64,000 nt of DNA, taken from positions 6,696,001 through 6,760,000 of the forward strand of contig NW_027361695.1 in assembly GCF_039654945.1 (NCBI RefSeq). The letters run 5' to 3'. Positions 1 through 15,800 of the stretch are shown here, piece after piece. Position numbers and translations under genes: made by a program. The notes beneath the pieces are model-generated. The model searched no databases and had not been told where the DNA came from. It was given only the letters and a program-made list of their open reading frames with translations. Position 1 is the stretch's first letter. Every line of letters begins with the position of its first letter. This DNA is from Dendrobates tinctorius. Its lineage: Eukaryota.

Positions 1-1935
1 TTACATCCTGTATTATACCCCAGAGCTGCACTCACTATTCTGCTGGTGCAGTCACCGTGTACATACATTACATTACTGTTCCTGAGTTACATCCTGTATT
101 ATACTCCAGAGCTGCACTCACTATTCTGCTGGTGCAGTCACTGTGTACATACATTACATTACTGATCCTGAGTTACATCCTGTATTATACTCCAGAGCTG
201 CACTCACTATTCTGCTGGTGCAGTCACTGTGTACATACATTACATTACTGATCCTGAGTTACATCCTGTATTATACTCCAGAGCTGCACTCACTATTCTG
301 CTGGTACAGTCACTGTGTACATACATTACATTACTGATCCTGAGTTACATCCTGTATTATACTCCAGAGCTGCACTCACTATTCTGCTGGTGCAGTCACT
401 GTGTACATACATTACATTACTGATCCTGAGTTACCTCCTGTATTATACCCCAGAGCTGCACTCACTATTCTGCTGGTGCAGTCACTGTGTACATACATTA
501 CACTACTGATCCTGAGTTACATCCTGTATTATACCCCAGAGCTGCACTCACTATTCTGCTGGTGCAGTCACTGTATACATACATTACTGATCCTGAGTTA
601 CATCCTGTATTATACACCAGAGCTGCACTCACTATTCTGCTGGTGCAGTCACTGTGTACACACATTACATTACTGATCCCGAGTTACATCCTGTATTATA
701 CTCCAGAGCTGCACTCACTATTCTGCTGGTGCAGTCACTGTGTACACACATTACATTACTGATCCTGAGTTACATCCTGTATTATACTCCAGAGCTGCAC
801 TCACTATTCTGCTGGTGCAGTCACTGTGTACACACATTACATTACTGATCCCGAGTTACATCCTGTATTATACTCCAGAGCTGCACTCACTATTCTGCTG
901 GTGCAGTCACTGTGTACACACATTACATTACTGATCCTGAGTTACATCCTGTATTATACTCCAGAGCTGCACTCACTATTCTGCTGGTGCAGTCACTGTG
1001 TACATACATTACATTACTGATCCTGAGTTACATCCTGTATTATACCCCAGAGCTGCACTCACTATTCTGCTGGTGCAGTCACTGTGTACATACATTACAT
1101 TACTGATCCTGAGTTACACCCTGTATTATACTCCAGAGCTGCACTCACTATTCTGCTGGTGCAGTCACTGTGTACACACATTACATTACTGATCCTGAGT
1201 TACATCCTGTATTATACACCAGAGCTGCACTCACTATTCTGCTGGTGCAGTCACTGTGTACACACATTACATTACTGATCCCGAGTTACATCCTGTATTA
1301 TACTCCAGAGCTGCACTCACTATTCTGCTGGTGCAGTCACTGTGTACACACATTACATTACTGATCCTGAGTTACATCCTGTATTATACTCCAGAGCTGC
1401 ACTCACTATTCTGCTGGTGCAGTCACTGTGTACACACATTACATTACTGATCCCGAGTTACATCCTGTATTATACTCCAGAGCTGCACTCACTATTCTGC
1501 TGGTGCAGTCACTGTGTACACACATTACATTACTGATCCCGAGTTACATCCTGTATTATACTCCAGAGCTGCACTCACTATTCTGCTGGTGCAGTCACTG
1601 TGTACACACATTACATTACTGATCCTGAGTTACATCCTGTATTATACTCCAGAGCTGCACTCACTATTCTGCTGGTGCAGTCACTGTGTACACACATTAC
1701 ATTACTGATCCCGAGTTACATCCTGTATTATACTCCAGAGCTGCACTCACTATTCTGCTGGTGCAGTCACTGTGTACACACATTACATTACTGATCCTGA
1801 GTTACATCCTGTATTATACTCCAGAGCTGCACTCACTATTCTGCTGGTGCAGTCACTGTGTACATACATTACATTACTGATCCTGAGTTACATCCTGTAT
1901 TATACCCCAGAGCTGCACTCACTATTCTGCTGGTG
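1..1935 (+). repeat. 86-bp tandem satellite (with 81-bp variant), truncated by window start
   Basis: Unit TTACATCCTGTATTATACTCCAGAGCTGCACTCACTATTCTGCTGGTGCAGTCACTGTGTACATACATTACATTACTGATCCTGAG repeated ~22 times; ORF starts recur every 86 bp; the 81-bp variant lacks one ATTAC. Confidence 0.98.
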
Positions 1936-2854
1936 TATACACTATAACTATAATGACAATACAGGCTCCTTTGACTCCGGAAATGGTAGCTGAGGTGATG
2001 CTGAGGGTCACCATCAGAGTTCCACAAATAGTATTGCTGTGAGGGTCCCAGGAAAATAAATCTAAGACAAAGAGCCCACACAACACTGTGAATTGCCGCC
2101 CGCCGCTCACTATTCACCCCCCACTAAAGATCTGAGAGCAGATTTATCTAAAGACGGTTAAACTGTGTTTGTTGCCTGGAGCAACCAATCACAGCAAAGC
2201 TTTTATTTTGCCTATGCAGATTTAGAACTGAAAGCTGTGCGGTGATTGGTTGTTTTTCACAACAACAACAACAGAGGGAGGACGATTTATCGAAACTGTC
2301 TGGAAACCTGTCTTTGTTTCCCTTAGCAACCAATCACAGCGCAGTTTTCATTTTACCAGAGCTGTTTTAAAAATAAATGCTGATCTCTGATTGGCTGCTT
2401 TGACCGACAGCTTTGATCAATGAGGCGCAATATTGTTTATATATCTGGTCAAAAGTATATAAAGATTATATTGTCAGAGCGCATGGGACGCAGATATAGC
2501 CGCATAAACGAGCACTATATCAGCAAGGTGAATAATTGAGCCTCACGGCGTTAGCTAGGCCGCACTGACCCTCGTGTGTGACCTGGGCCCCTGGTCTTTA
2601 GGCAATTCCAGGAGGAATTAACGCTTCAGCGCTGTCCCGGGACTATATTTGTGATCGGCATCATTATCCGTCGCTCAGCTGTCCTCTACTAATCCTGTGT
2701 GGTGTTCACAACAAGGGCCTAGCGTCTCCTCTAGTAACATCTCCTCCACACCTCTCGCAGCCCCCCGGGACATCTCATCTTATAAATAATGGGTACTGTT
2801 GGATAAAGCTCATAAATACAGGCAATTCTACCATTCACCGTTTGTTAAAATTTT

Positions 2855-3121
2855 CAGCCATTCTTGAGATATTTAACATTGTTATTTTACTTACACCTCG
2901 TTACCTTGGAGACCGACCACCGCTGTTAGAGAGCAAAACATGTGATTGCAAGCTTTTTCTTCTATTCAGCTTGTCAGCACTGTTCTGAAGCTGACCGGGA
3001 TCGATGGAGCGCGCTGTCACCTCCTCCTAATTCTCGCCAGATTCAAGAGTTTACAGTCCAAACAACAGCGGTGGTCGGTCTCCTAGGCAACAGAAAAATG
3101 TTAGCATTTCTTGAACGGCTG
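2855..3121. mobile_element. Degenerate inverted-repeat element (MITE-like)
   Basis: GGAGACCGACCACCGCTGTT (~2908-2927) is inverted at ~3064-3083 as AACAGCGGTGGTCGGTCTCC, with weaker pairing out to CAGCCATTCTTGAGA / TTTCTTGAACGGCTG. Confidence 0.55.
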
Positions 3122-3848
3122 CAATGTTTAAAAAGCAGTAAATTGCAAAAGTGATTGTTTTTACGACTACGATCCGACAATGTATTAATTAATAATAGGG
3201 AAAATTAAATGATGCTTCACTGGGAGCGAATCATCTATTGGGGGGTATAATCCAAGGACTACACTGATCCTCATACACAATGCACTAGACGTTTGAGGTT
3301 TGTTCTCTGGTTCCCAGGCTTTCTGCCCAAATGATGACAGTTTCGAGGGAATGACTGGCAGCCCCGGGTCATTGACCCAATGACGTCATGTGTGCATTAG
3401 TATCCAGGGGGTAAAGTGCCACGGTGGGTAAATAGTGGCTATTTAGCATTTTTATGATGGGCATGGATGCAGGGTCGGACTGGGGTGTCTAGGGCCCACC
3501 AAGGGAATTAATTTTAGGGGCCCACCTACAGTAATGTACAACTCAACATTTAGGCTTTGAGATCGCGGAATTACACCATGGGTTCTTTTGCCGTATATCC
3601 CACACCAAATCTGCATCATTTCAGCATCCTAATTCTACTAAAAGCTGCACCGTTGTTCATATGCTGCAGATCTTTCCGCACTACGATTCATTTAATCCAT
3701 TAGGGCCGCAGGCATGTTTTCACCTTAATGCCCAGGCCATTTTTTGCAAATCTGACCTGTGTTACTTTGAAGTTAAAAAGTGACCCCATTTTGGAATCTA
3801 CACCGCTGGTTACATTGTCTAATAATCATTATATTTTATATATATTTT

Positions 3849-6800
3849 GAACGGAGGTTACTACATCGACATGATACGAGAACGGAGCTTACAAGATAGA
3901 CATGATACGAGAACGGAGCTTACAACATAGACATGATACGAGAACGGAGCTTACTACATAGACATGATACCAAAACGGAGCTTACTACATAGACATGATA
4001 CCAGAACGGAGCTTACTACATAGACATGATACCAGAAGGGAGCTTACTACATAGACATGATACCAGAACGGAGCTTACAACATAAACATGATACCAGAAC
4101 GGAGCTTACAACATAGACATGATACGAGAACGGAGCTTACAACATAGACATGATACCAGAACGGAGGTTACTACATCGACATGATACCAGAACGGAGCTT
4201 ACTACATCGACACGATACCAGAACGGAGCTTACTACATAGACATGATACCAGAACGGAGGTTACTACATCGACATGATACCAGAACGGAGCTTACTACAT
4301 CGACATAATACCAGAACGGAGCTTACAACATAGACATGATACCAGAACAGAGCTTACAACATAGACATGATACCAGAAGGGAGCTTACAACATAGACATG
4401 ATACCAGAACGGAGGTTACTACATAGACATGATACCAGAACGGAGCTTACTACATCGACATGATACCAGAACGGAGCTTACAACATAGACATGATACCAG
4501 AACGGAGCTTACTACATCGACACGATACCAGAACGGACCTTACTACATCGACACGATACCAGAACGGAGCTTACTACATCGACACGATACCAGAACGGAG
4601 CTTACTACATAGACACGATACCAGAACGGAGCTTACTACATCGACACGATACCAGAACGGAGCTTACTACTTCGACATGATACCAGAACGGAGCTTACTA
4701 CATAGACATGATACCAGAACGGAGCTTACTACATCGACATGATACCAGAACGGAGCTTACTACATCGACATGATACCAGAATGGAGCTTACTACATAGAC
4801 ATGATACCAGAACGGAGCTTACTACATCGACATGATACCAGAACGGAGCTTACTACATAGACATGATACCAGAACGGAGCTTACTACATCGACATGATAC
4901 CAGAACGGACCTTACTACATCGACATGATACCAGAACGGAGCTTACTACATAGACATGATACCAGAACGGAGCTTACTACATCGACATGATACCAGAACG
5001 GAGCTTACTACATCGACATGATACCAGAACGAAGCTTACTACATGGACATGATACCAGAACGAAGCTTACTACATCGACACGATACCAGAACGGAGCTTA
5101 CTACATCGACACGATACCAGAACGGAGCTTACTACATCGACACGATACCAGAACGGAGTTTACTACATAGACACGATACCAGAAGGGAGCTTACAACATA
5201 GACATGATACCAGAACGGAGGTTACTACATCGACATGATACCAGAACGGAGCTTACAACATAGACATGATACCAGAACGGAGCTTACTACATCGACATGA
5301 TACCAGAACGGACCTTACTACATCGACACGATACCAGAACGGAGCTTACTACATCGACACGATACCAGAACGGAGCTTACTACATAGACACGATACCAGA
5401 ACGGAGCTTACTACATCGACATGATACCAGAACGGAGCTTACTACATAGACATGATACCAGAACGGAGCTTACTACATCGACATGATACCAGAACGGAGC
5501 TTACTACATCGACATGATACCAGAACGGAGCTTACTACATAGACATGATACCAGAACGGAGCTTACTACATAGACATGATACCAGAACGGAGCTTACTAC
5601 ATAGACATGATACCAGAACGGAGCTTACTACATCGACATGATACCAGAACGGACCTTACTACATCGACATGATACCAGAACGGAGCTTACTACATAGACA
5701 TGATACCAGAACGGAGCTTACTACATCGACATGATACCAGAACGGAGCTTACTACATAGACATGATACAAGAACGGAGCTTACTACATCGACATGATACC
5801 AGAACGGAGCTTACTACATCGACATGATACCAGAACGGAGCTTACTACATCGACATGATACCAGAACGAAGCTTACTACATGGACACGATACCAGAACGA
5901 AGCTTACTACATCGACACGATACCAGAACGGAGCTTACTACATAGACATGATACCAGAACGGAGCTTACTACATCGACATGATACCAGAACGGAGCTTAC
6001 TACATCGACATGATACCAGAACGGAGCTTACTACATCGACATGATACCAGAACGGAGCTTACTACATCGACATGATACCAGAACGGAGCTTACTACATAG
6101 AAATGATACCAGAACGGAGCTTATTACATCGACATGATACCAGAACGGAGCTTACTACATCGACATGATACCAGAACGGAGCTTACTACATCGACATGAT
6201 ACCAGAACGGAGCTTACTACATAGAAATGATACCAGAACGGAGCTTACTACATCGACATGATACCAGAACGGAGCTTACTACATCGACATGATACCAGAA
6301 CGGAGATAACTACATCGACATGATACCAGAACGGAGCTTACTACATAGACATGATACCAGAACGGAGGTTACTACATCGACATGATACCAGAACGGAGCT
6401 TACTACATCGACATGATACCAGAACGGAGCTTACTACATCGACATGATACCAGAACGGAGCTTACTACATCGACATGATACCAGAACGGAGCTTACTACA
6501 TCGACATGATACCAGAACGGAGCTTACAACATAGACATGATACCAGAACGGAGCTTACTACATAGACATGATACCAGAACGGAGCTTACTACATAGACAT
6601 GATACCAGAACGGAGCTTACTACATCGACATGATACCAGAACGGAGCTTACTACATCGACATGATACCAGAACGGAGCTTACTACATCGACATGATACCA
6701 GAACGGAGCTTACTACATCGACACGATACCAGAACGGAGCTTACAACATAGACATGATACCAGAACGGAGCTTACTACATAGACATGATACCAGAACGGA

Positions 6801-9800
6801 GCTTACTACATCGACATGATACCAGAACGGAGCTTACTACATCGACATGATACCAGAACGGAGCTTACAACATAGACATAATACCAGAACGGAGCTTACT
6901 ACATCGACACGATACCAGAACGGAGCTTACAACATAGACATGATACCAGAACGGAGCTTACTACATAGACATGATACCAGAACGGAGCTTACTACATAGA
7001 CATGATACCAGAACGGAGCTTACTACATAGACACGATACCAGAACGGAGCTTACTACATCGACATGATACCAGAACGGAGATAACTACATCGACATGATA
7101 CCAGAACGGAGGTTACTACATCGACATGATACCAGAATGGAGCTTACTACATCGACATGATACCAGAACGGAGCTTACTACATCGACATGATACCAGAAC
7201 GGAGCTTACTACATCGACATGATACCAGAACGGAGCTTACAACATAGACATGATACCAGAACGGAGCTTACTACATAGACATGATACCAGAACGGAGCTT
7301 ACTACATAGACATGATACCAGAACGGAGCTTACTACATCGACATGATACCAGAACGGAGCTTACTACATCGACATGATACCAGAACGGAGCTTACTACAT
7401 CGACATGATACCAGAACGGAGCTTACTACATCGACACGATACCAGAACGGAGCTTACAACATAGACATGATACCAGAACGGAGCTTACTACATAGACATG
7501 ATACCAGAACGGAGCTTACTACATAGACATGATACCAGAACGGAGCTTACTACATAGACACGATACCAGAACGGAGCTTACTACATCGACATGATACCAG
7601 AACGGAGATAACTACATCGACATGATACCAGAACGGAGGTTACTACATCGACATGATACCAGAATGGAGCTTACTACATCGACATGATACCAGAACGGAG
7701 CTTACTACATCGACATGATACCAGAACGGAGCTTACTACATCGACATGATACCAGAACGGAGCTTACAACATAGACATGATACCAGAACGGAGCTTACTA
7801 CATAGACATGATACCAGAACGGAGCTTACTACATAGACATGATACCAGAACGGAGCTTACTACATCGACATGATACCAGAACGGAGCTTACTACATCGAC
7901 ATGATACCAGAACGGAGCTTACTACATCGACATGATACCAGAACGGAGCTTACTACATCGACATGATACCAGAACGGAGCTTACAACATAGACATGATAC
8001 CAGAACGGAGCTTACTACATCGACATGATACCAGAACGGAGCTTACAACATAGACATGATACCAGAACGGAGCTTACTACATAGACATGATACCAGAACG
8101 GAGCTTACTACATAGACATGATACCAGAACGGAGCTTACTACATCGACATGATACCAGAACGGAGCTTACTACATCGACATGATACCAGAACGGAGCTTA
8201 CTACATCGACATGATACCAGAACGGAGGTTACTACATCGACATGATACCAGAACGGAGCTTACAACATAGACATGATACCAGAACGGAGCTTACTACATC
8301 GACACGATACCAGAACGGACCTTACTACATCGACACGATACCAGAACGGAGCTTACTACATCGACACGATACCAGAACGGAGCTTACTACATAGACACGA
8401 TACCAGAACGGAGCTTACTACATCGACATGATACCAGAACGGAGCTTACTACATCGACATGATACCAGAACGGAGCTTACTACATAGACATGATACCAGA
8501 ACGGAGCTTACTACATCGACATGATACCAGAACGGAGCTTACTACATCGACATGATACCAGAACGGAGCTTACTACATAGACATGATACCAGAACGGAGC
8601 TTACTACATAGACATGATACCAGAACGGAGCTTACTACATAGACATGATACCAGAACGGAGCTTACTACATCGACATGATACCAGAACGGACCTTACTAC
8701 ATCGACATGATACCAGAACGGAGCTTACTACATAGACATGATACCAGAACGGAGCTTACTACATCGACATGATACCAGAACGGAGCTTACTACATAGACA
8801 TGATACCAGAACGGAGCTTACTACATCGACATGATACCAGAACGGAGCTTACTACATCGACATGATACCAGAACGGAGCTTACTACATCGACATGATACC
8901 AGAACGAAGCTTACTACATGGACACGATACCAGAACGAAGCTTACTACATCGACACGATACCAGAACGGAGCTTACTACATAGACACGATACCAGAACGG
9001 AGCTTACTACATCGACATGATACCAGAACGGAGCTTACTACATCGACATGATACCAGAACGGAGCTTACTACATCGACATGATACCAGAACGGAGCTTAC
9101 TACATCGACATGATACCAGAACGGAGCTTACTACATAGAAATGATACCAGAACGGAGCTTATTACATCGACATGATACCAGAACGGAGCTTACTACATCG
9201 ACATGATACCAGAACGGAGCTTACTACATCGACATGATACCAGAACGGAGCTTACTACATAGAAATGATACCAGAACGGAGCTTACTACATCGACATGAT
9301 ACCAGAACGGAGCTTACTACATCGACATGATACCAGAACGGAGATAACTACATCGACATGATACCAGAACGGAGCTTACTACATAGACATGATACCAGAA
9401 CGGAGGTTACTACATCGACATGATACCAGAACGGAGCTTACTACATCGACATGATACCAGAACGGAGCTTACTACATCGACATGATACCAGAACGGAGCT
9501 TACTACATCGACATGATACCAGAACGGAGCTTACTACATCGACATGATACCAGAACGGAGCTTACAACATAGACATGATACCAGAACGGAGCTTACTACA
9601 TAGACATGATACCAGAACGGAGCTTACTACATCGACATGATACCAGAACGGAGCTTACTACATCGACACGATACCAGAACGGAGCTTACAACATAGACAT
9701 GATACCAGAACGGAGCTTACTACATAGACATGATACCAGAACGGAGCTTACTACATCGACACGATACCAGAACGGAGCTTACAACATAGACATGATACCA

Positions 9801-12800
9801 GAACGGAGCTTACTACATAGACATGATACCAGAACGGAGCTTACTACATCGACATGATACCAGAACGGAGCTTACTACATCGACATGATACCAGAACGGA
9901 GCTTACAACATAGACATAATACCAGAACGGAGCTTACTACATCGACACGATACCAGAACGGAGCTTACAACATAGACATGATACCAGAACGGAGCTTACT
10001 ACATAGACATGATACCAGAACGGAGCTTACTACATAGACATGATACCAGAACGGAGCTTACTACATAGACACGATACCAGAACGGAGCTTACTACATCGA
10101 CATGATACCAGAACGGAGATAACTACATCGACATGATACCAGAACGGAGGTTACTACATCGACATGATACCAGAACGGAGCTTACTACATCGACATGATA
10201 CCAGAACGGAGCTTACTACATCGACATGATACCAGAACGGAGCTTACTACATCGACATGATACCAGAACGGAGCTTACAACATAGACATGATACCAGAAC
10301 GGAGCTTACTACATAGACATGATACCAGAACGGAGCTTACTACATAGACATGATACCAGAACGGAGCTTACTACATCGACATGATACCAGAACGGAGCTT
10401 ACTACATCGACATGATACCAGAACGGAGCTTACTACATCGACATGATACCAGAACGGAGCTTACAACATAGACATGATACCAGAACGGAGCTTACTACAT
10501 CGACACGATACCAGAACGGAGCTTACAACATAGACATGATACCAGAACGGAGCTTACTACATAGACATGATACCAGAACGGAGCTTACTACATAGACATG
10601 ATACCAGAACGGAGCTTACTACATAGACACGATACCAGAACGGAGCTTACTACATCGACACGATATCAGAACGGAGCTTACTACATAGACACGATACCAG
10701 AACGGAGCTTACTACATAGACATGATACCAGAACGGAGCTTACTACATCGACACGATATCAGAACGGAGCTTACAACATCGACATAATACCAGAACGGAG
10801 GTTACAACATAGACATGATACCAGAACGGAGCTTACTACATAGACACGATACCAGAACGGAGCTTACTACATCGACATGATACCAGAACGGAGCTTACTA
10901 CATCGACATGATACCAGAACGGAGATTACTACATCGACATGATACCAGAACGGAGCTTACTACATAGAAATGATACCAGAACGGAGCTTACTACATCGAC
11001 ATGATACCAGAACGGAGCTTACTACATCGACATGATACCAGAACGGAGCTTACTACATCGACATGATACCAGAACGGAGCTTACTACATAGAAATGATAC
11101 CAGAACGGAGCTTACTACATCGACATGATACCAGAACGGAGCTTACTACATCGACATGATACCAGAACGAAGCTTACTACATGGACATGATACCAGAACG
11201 AAGCTTACTACATCGACACGATACCAGAACGGAGCTTACTACATCGACATGATACCAGAACGGAGCTTACTACATCGACACGATACCAGAACGGAGTTTA
11301 CTACATAGACACGATACCAGAAGGGAGCTTACAACATAGACATGATACCAGAACGGAGGATACTACATCGACATGATACCAGAACGGAGCTTACAACATA
11401 GACATGATACCAGAACGGAGCTTACTACATCGACATGATACCAGAACGGACCTTACTACATCGACACGATACCAGAACGGAGCTTACTACATCGACACGA
11501 TACCAGAACGGAGCTTACTACATAGACACGATACCAGAACGGAGCTTACTACATCGACATGATACCAGAACGGAGCTTACTACATCGACATGATACCAGA
11601 ACGGAGCTTACTACATAGACATGATACCAGAACGGAGCTTACTACATCGACATGATACCAGAACGGAGCTTACTACATCGACATGATACCAGAACGGAGC
11701 TTACTACATAGACATGATACCAGAACGGAGCTTACTACATAGACATGATACCAGAACGGAGCTTACTACATAGACATGATACCAGAACGGAGCTTACTAC
11801 ATCGACATGATACCAGAACGGACCTTACTACATCGACATGATACCAGAACGGAGCTTACTACATAGACATGATACCAGAACGGAGCTTACTACATCGACA
11901 TGATACCAGAACGGAGCTTACTACATAGACATGATACCAGAACGGAGCTTACTACATCGACATGATACCAGAACGGAGCTTACTACATCGACATGATACC
12001 AGAACGGAGCTTACTACATCGACATGATACCAGAACGAAGCTTACTACATGGACACGATACCAGAACGAAGCTTACTACATCGACACGATACCAGAACGG
12101 AGCTTACTACATAGACATGATACCAGAACGGAGCTTACTACATCGACATGATACCAGAACGGAGCTTACTACATCGACATGATACCAGAACGGAGCTTAC
12201 TACATCGACATGATACCAGAACGGAGCTTACTACATAGAAATGATACCAGAACGGAGCTTACTACATCGACATGATACCAGAACGGAGCTTACTACATCG
12301 ACATGATACCAGAACGGAGCTTACTACATCGACATGATACCAGAACGGAGCTTACTACATAGAAATGATACCAGAACGGAGCTTACTACATCGACATGAT
12401 ACCAGAACGGAGCTTACTACATCGACATGATACCAGAACGGAGATAACTACATCGACATGATACCAGAACGGAGCTTACTACATAGACATGATACCAGAA
12501 CGGAGGTTACTACATCGACATGATACCAGAACGGAGCTTACTACATCGACATGATACCAGAACGGAGCTTACTACATCGACATGATACCAGAACGGAGCT
12601 TACTACATCGACATGATACCAGAACGGAGCTTACTACATCGACATGATACCAGAACGGAGCTTACAACATAGACATGATACCAGAACGGAGCTTACTACA
12701 TAGACATGATACCAGAACGGAGCTTACTACATAGACATGATACCAGAACGGAGCTTACTACATCGACATGATACCAGAACGGAGCTTACTACATCGACAT

Positions 12801-15800
12801 GATACCAGAACGGAGCTTACTACATCGACATGATACCAGAACGGAGCTTACTACATCGACACGATACCAGAACGGAGCTTACAACATAGACATGATACCA
12901 GAACGGAGCTTACTACATAGACATGATACCAGAACGGAGCTTACTACATCGACATGATACCAGAACGGAGCTTACTACATCGACATGATACCAGAACGGA
13001 GCTTACAACATAGACATAATACCAGAACGGAGCTTACTACATCGACACGATACCAGAACGGAGCTTACAACATAGACATGATACCAGAACGGAGCTTACT
13101 ACATAGACATGATACCAGAACGGAGCTTACTACATAGACATGATACCAGAACGGAGCTTACTACATAGACACGATACCAGAACGGAGCTTACTACATCGA
13201 CATGATACCAGAACGGAGATAACTACATCGACATGATACCAGAACGGAGGTTACTACATCGACATGATACCAGAACGGAGCTTACTACATCGACATGATA
13301 CCAGAACGGAGCTTACTACATCGACATGATACCAGAACGGAGCTTACTACATCGACATGATACCAGAACGGAGCTTACAACATAGACATGATACCAGAAC
13401 GGAGCTTACTACATAGACATGATACCAGAACGGAGCTTACTACATAGACATGATACCAGAACGGAGCTTACTACATCGACATGATACCAGAACGGAGCTT
13501 ACTACATCGACATGATACCAGAACGGAGCTTACTACATCGACATGATACCAGAACGGAGCTTACAACATAGACATAATACCAGAACGGAGCTTACTACAT
13601 CGACACGATACCAGAATGGAGCTTACAACATAGACATGATACCAGAACGGAGCTTACTACATAGACATGACACCAGAACGGAGCTTACTACATAGACATG
13701 ATACCAGAACGGAGCTTACTACATAGACACGATACCAGAACGGAGCTTACTACATCGACACGATATCAGAACGGAGCTTACTACATAGACACGATACCAG
13801 AACGGAGCTTACTACATAGACATGATACCAGAACGGAGCTTACTACATCGACACGATATCAGAACGGAGCTTACAACATCGACATAATACCAGAACGGAG
13901 GTTACAACATAGACATGATACCAGAACGGAGCTTACTACATAGACACGATACCAGAACGGAGCTTACTACATCGACATGATACCAGAACGGAGCTTACTA
14001 CATCGACATGATACCAGAACGGAGATTACTACATCGACATGATACCAGAACGGAGCTTACTACATAGAAATGATACCAGAACGGAGCTTACTACATCGAC
14101 ATGATACCAGAACGGAGCTTACTACATCGACATGATACCAGAACGGAGCTTACTACATCGACATGATACCAGAACGGAGCTTACTACATAGAAATGATAC
14201 CAGAACGGAGCTTACTACATCGACATGATACCAGAACGGAGCTTACTACATCGACATGATACCAGAACGGAGATAACTACATCGACATGATACCAGAACG
14301 GAGCTTACTACATAGACATGATACCAGAACGGAGGTTACTACATCGACATGATACCAGAACGGAGCTTACTACATCGACATGATACCAGAACGGAGCTTA
14401 CTACATCGACATGATACCAGAACGGAGCTTACTACATCGACATGATACCAGAACGGAGCTTACTACATCGACATGATACCAGAACGGAGCTTACAACATA
14501 GACATGATACCAGAACGGAGCTTACTACATAGACATGATACCAGAACGGAGCTTACTACATAGACATGATACCAGAACGGAGCTTACTACATCGACATGA
14601 TACCAGAACGGAGCTTACTACATCGACAGGATACCAGAACGGAGCTTACTACATCGACATGATACCAGAACGGAGCTTACTACATCGACACGATACCAGA
14701 ACGGAGCTTACAACATAGACATGATACCAGAACGGAGCTTACTACATAGACATGATACCAGAACGGAGCTTACTACATAGACATGATACCAGAACGGAGC
14801 TTACTACATCGACATGATACCAGAACGGAGCTTACTACATCGACATGATACCAGAACGGAGCTTACTACATCGACATGATACCAGAACGGAGCTTACAAC
14901 ATAGACATAATACCAGAATGGAGCTTACTACATCGACACGATACCAGAACGGAGCTTACAACATAGACATGATACCAGAACGGAGCTTACTACATAGACA
15001 TGATACCAGAACGGAGCTTACTACATAGACATGATACCAGAACGGAGCTTACTACATAGACACGATACCAGAACGGAGCTTACTACATCGACATGATACC
15101 AGAACGGAGATAACTACATCGACATGATACCAGAACGGAGGTTACTACATAGACATGATACCAGAACGGAGCTTACTACATCGACATGATACCAGAACGG
15201 AGCTTACTACACCGACATGATACCAGAACGGAGCTTACTACATCGACATGATACCAGAACGGAGCTTACTACATCGACATGATACCAGAACGGAGCTTAC
15301 TACATCGACATGATACCAGAACGGAGCTTACTACATCGACATGATACCAGAACGGAGCTTACTACATCGACATGATACCAGAACGGAGCTTACAACATAG
15401 ACATGATACCAGAACGGAGCTTACTACATAGACATGATACCAGAACGGAGCTTACTACATAGACATGATACCAGAACGGAGCTTACTACATAGACATGAT
15501 ACCAGAACGGAGCTTACTACATCGACATGATACCAGAACGGAGCTTACTACATCGACATGATACCAGAACGGAGCTTACTACATCGACATGATACCAGAA
15601 CGGAGCTTACTACATCGACACGATACCAGAACGGAGCTTACAACATAGACATGATACCAGAACGGAGCTTACTACATAGACATGATACCAGAACGGAGCT
15701 TACTACATCGACATGATACCAGAACGGAGCTTACTACATCGACATGATACCAGAACGGAGCTTACAACATAGACATAATACCAGAACGGAGCTTACTACA

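Noticed and set aside
57-2117. Series of 64-91 aa ORFs (MYIHYITDPELH...), also at 35540-36841
   Set aside because: Translations of the 86/81-bp satellite in shifting frames.
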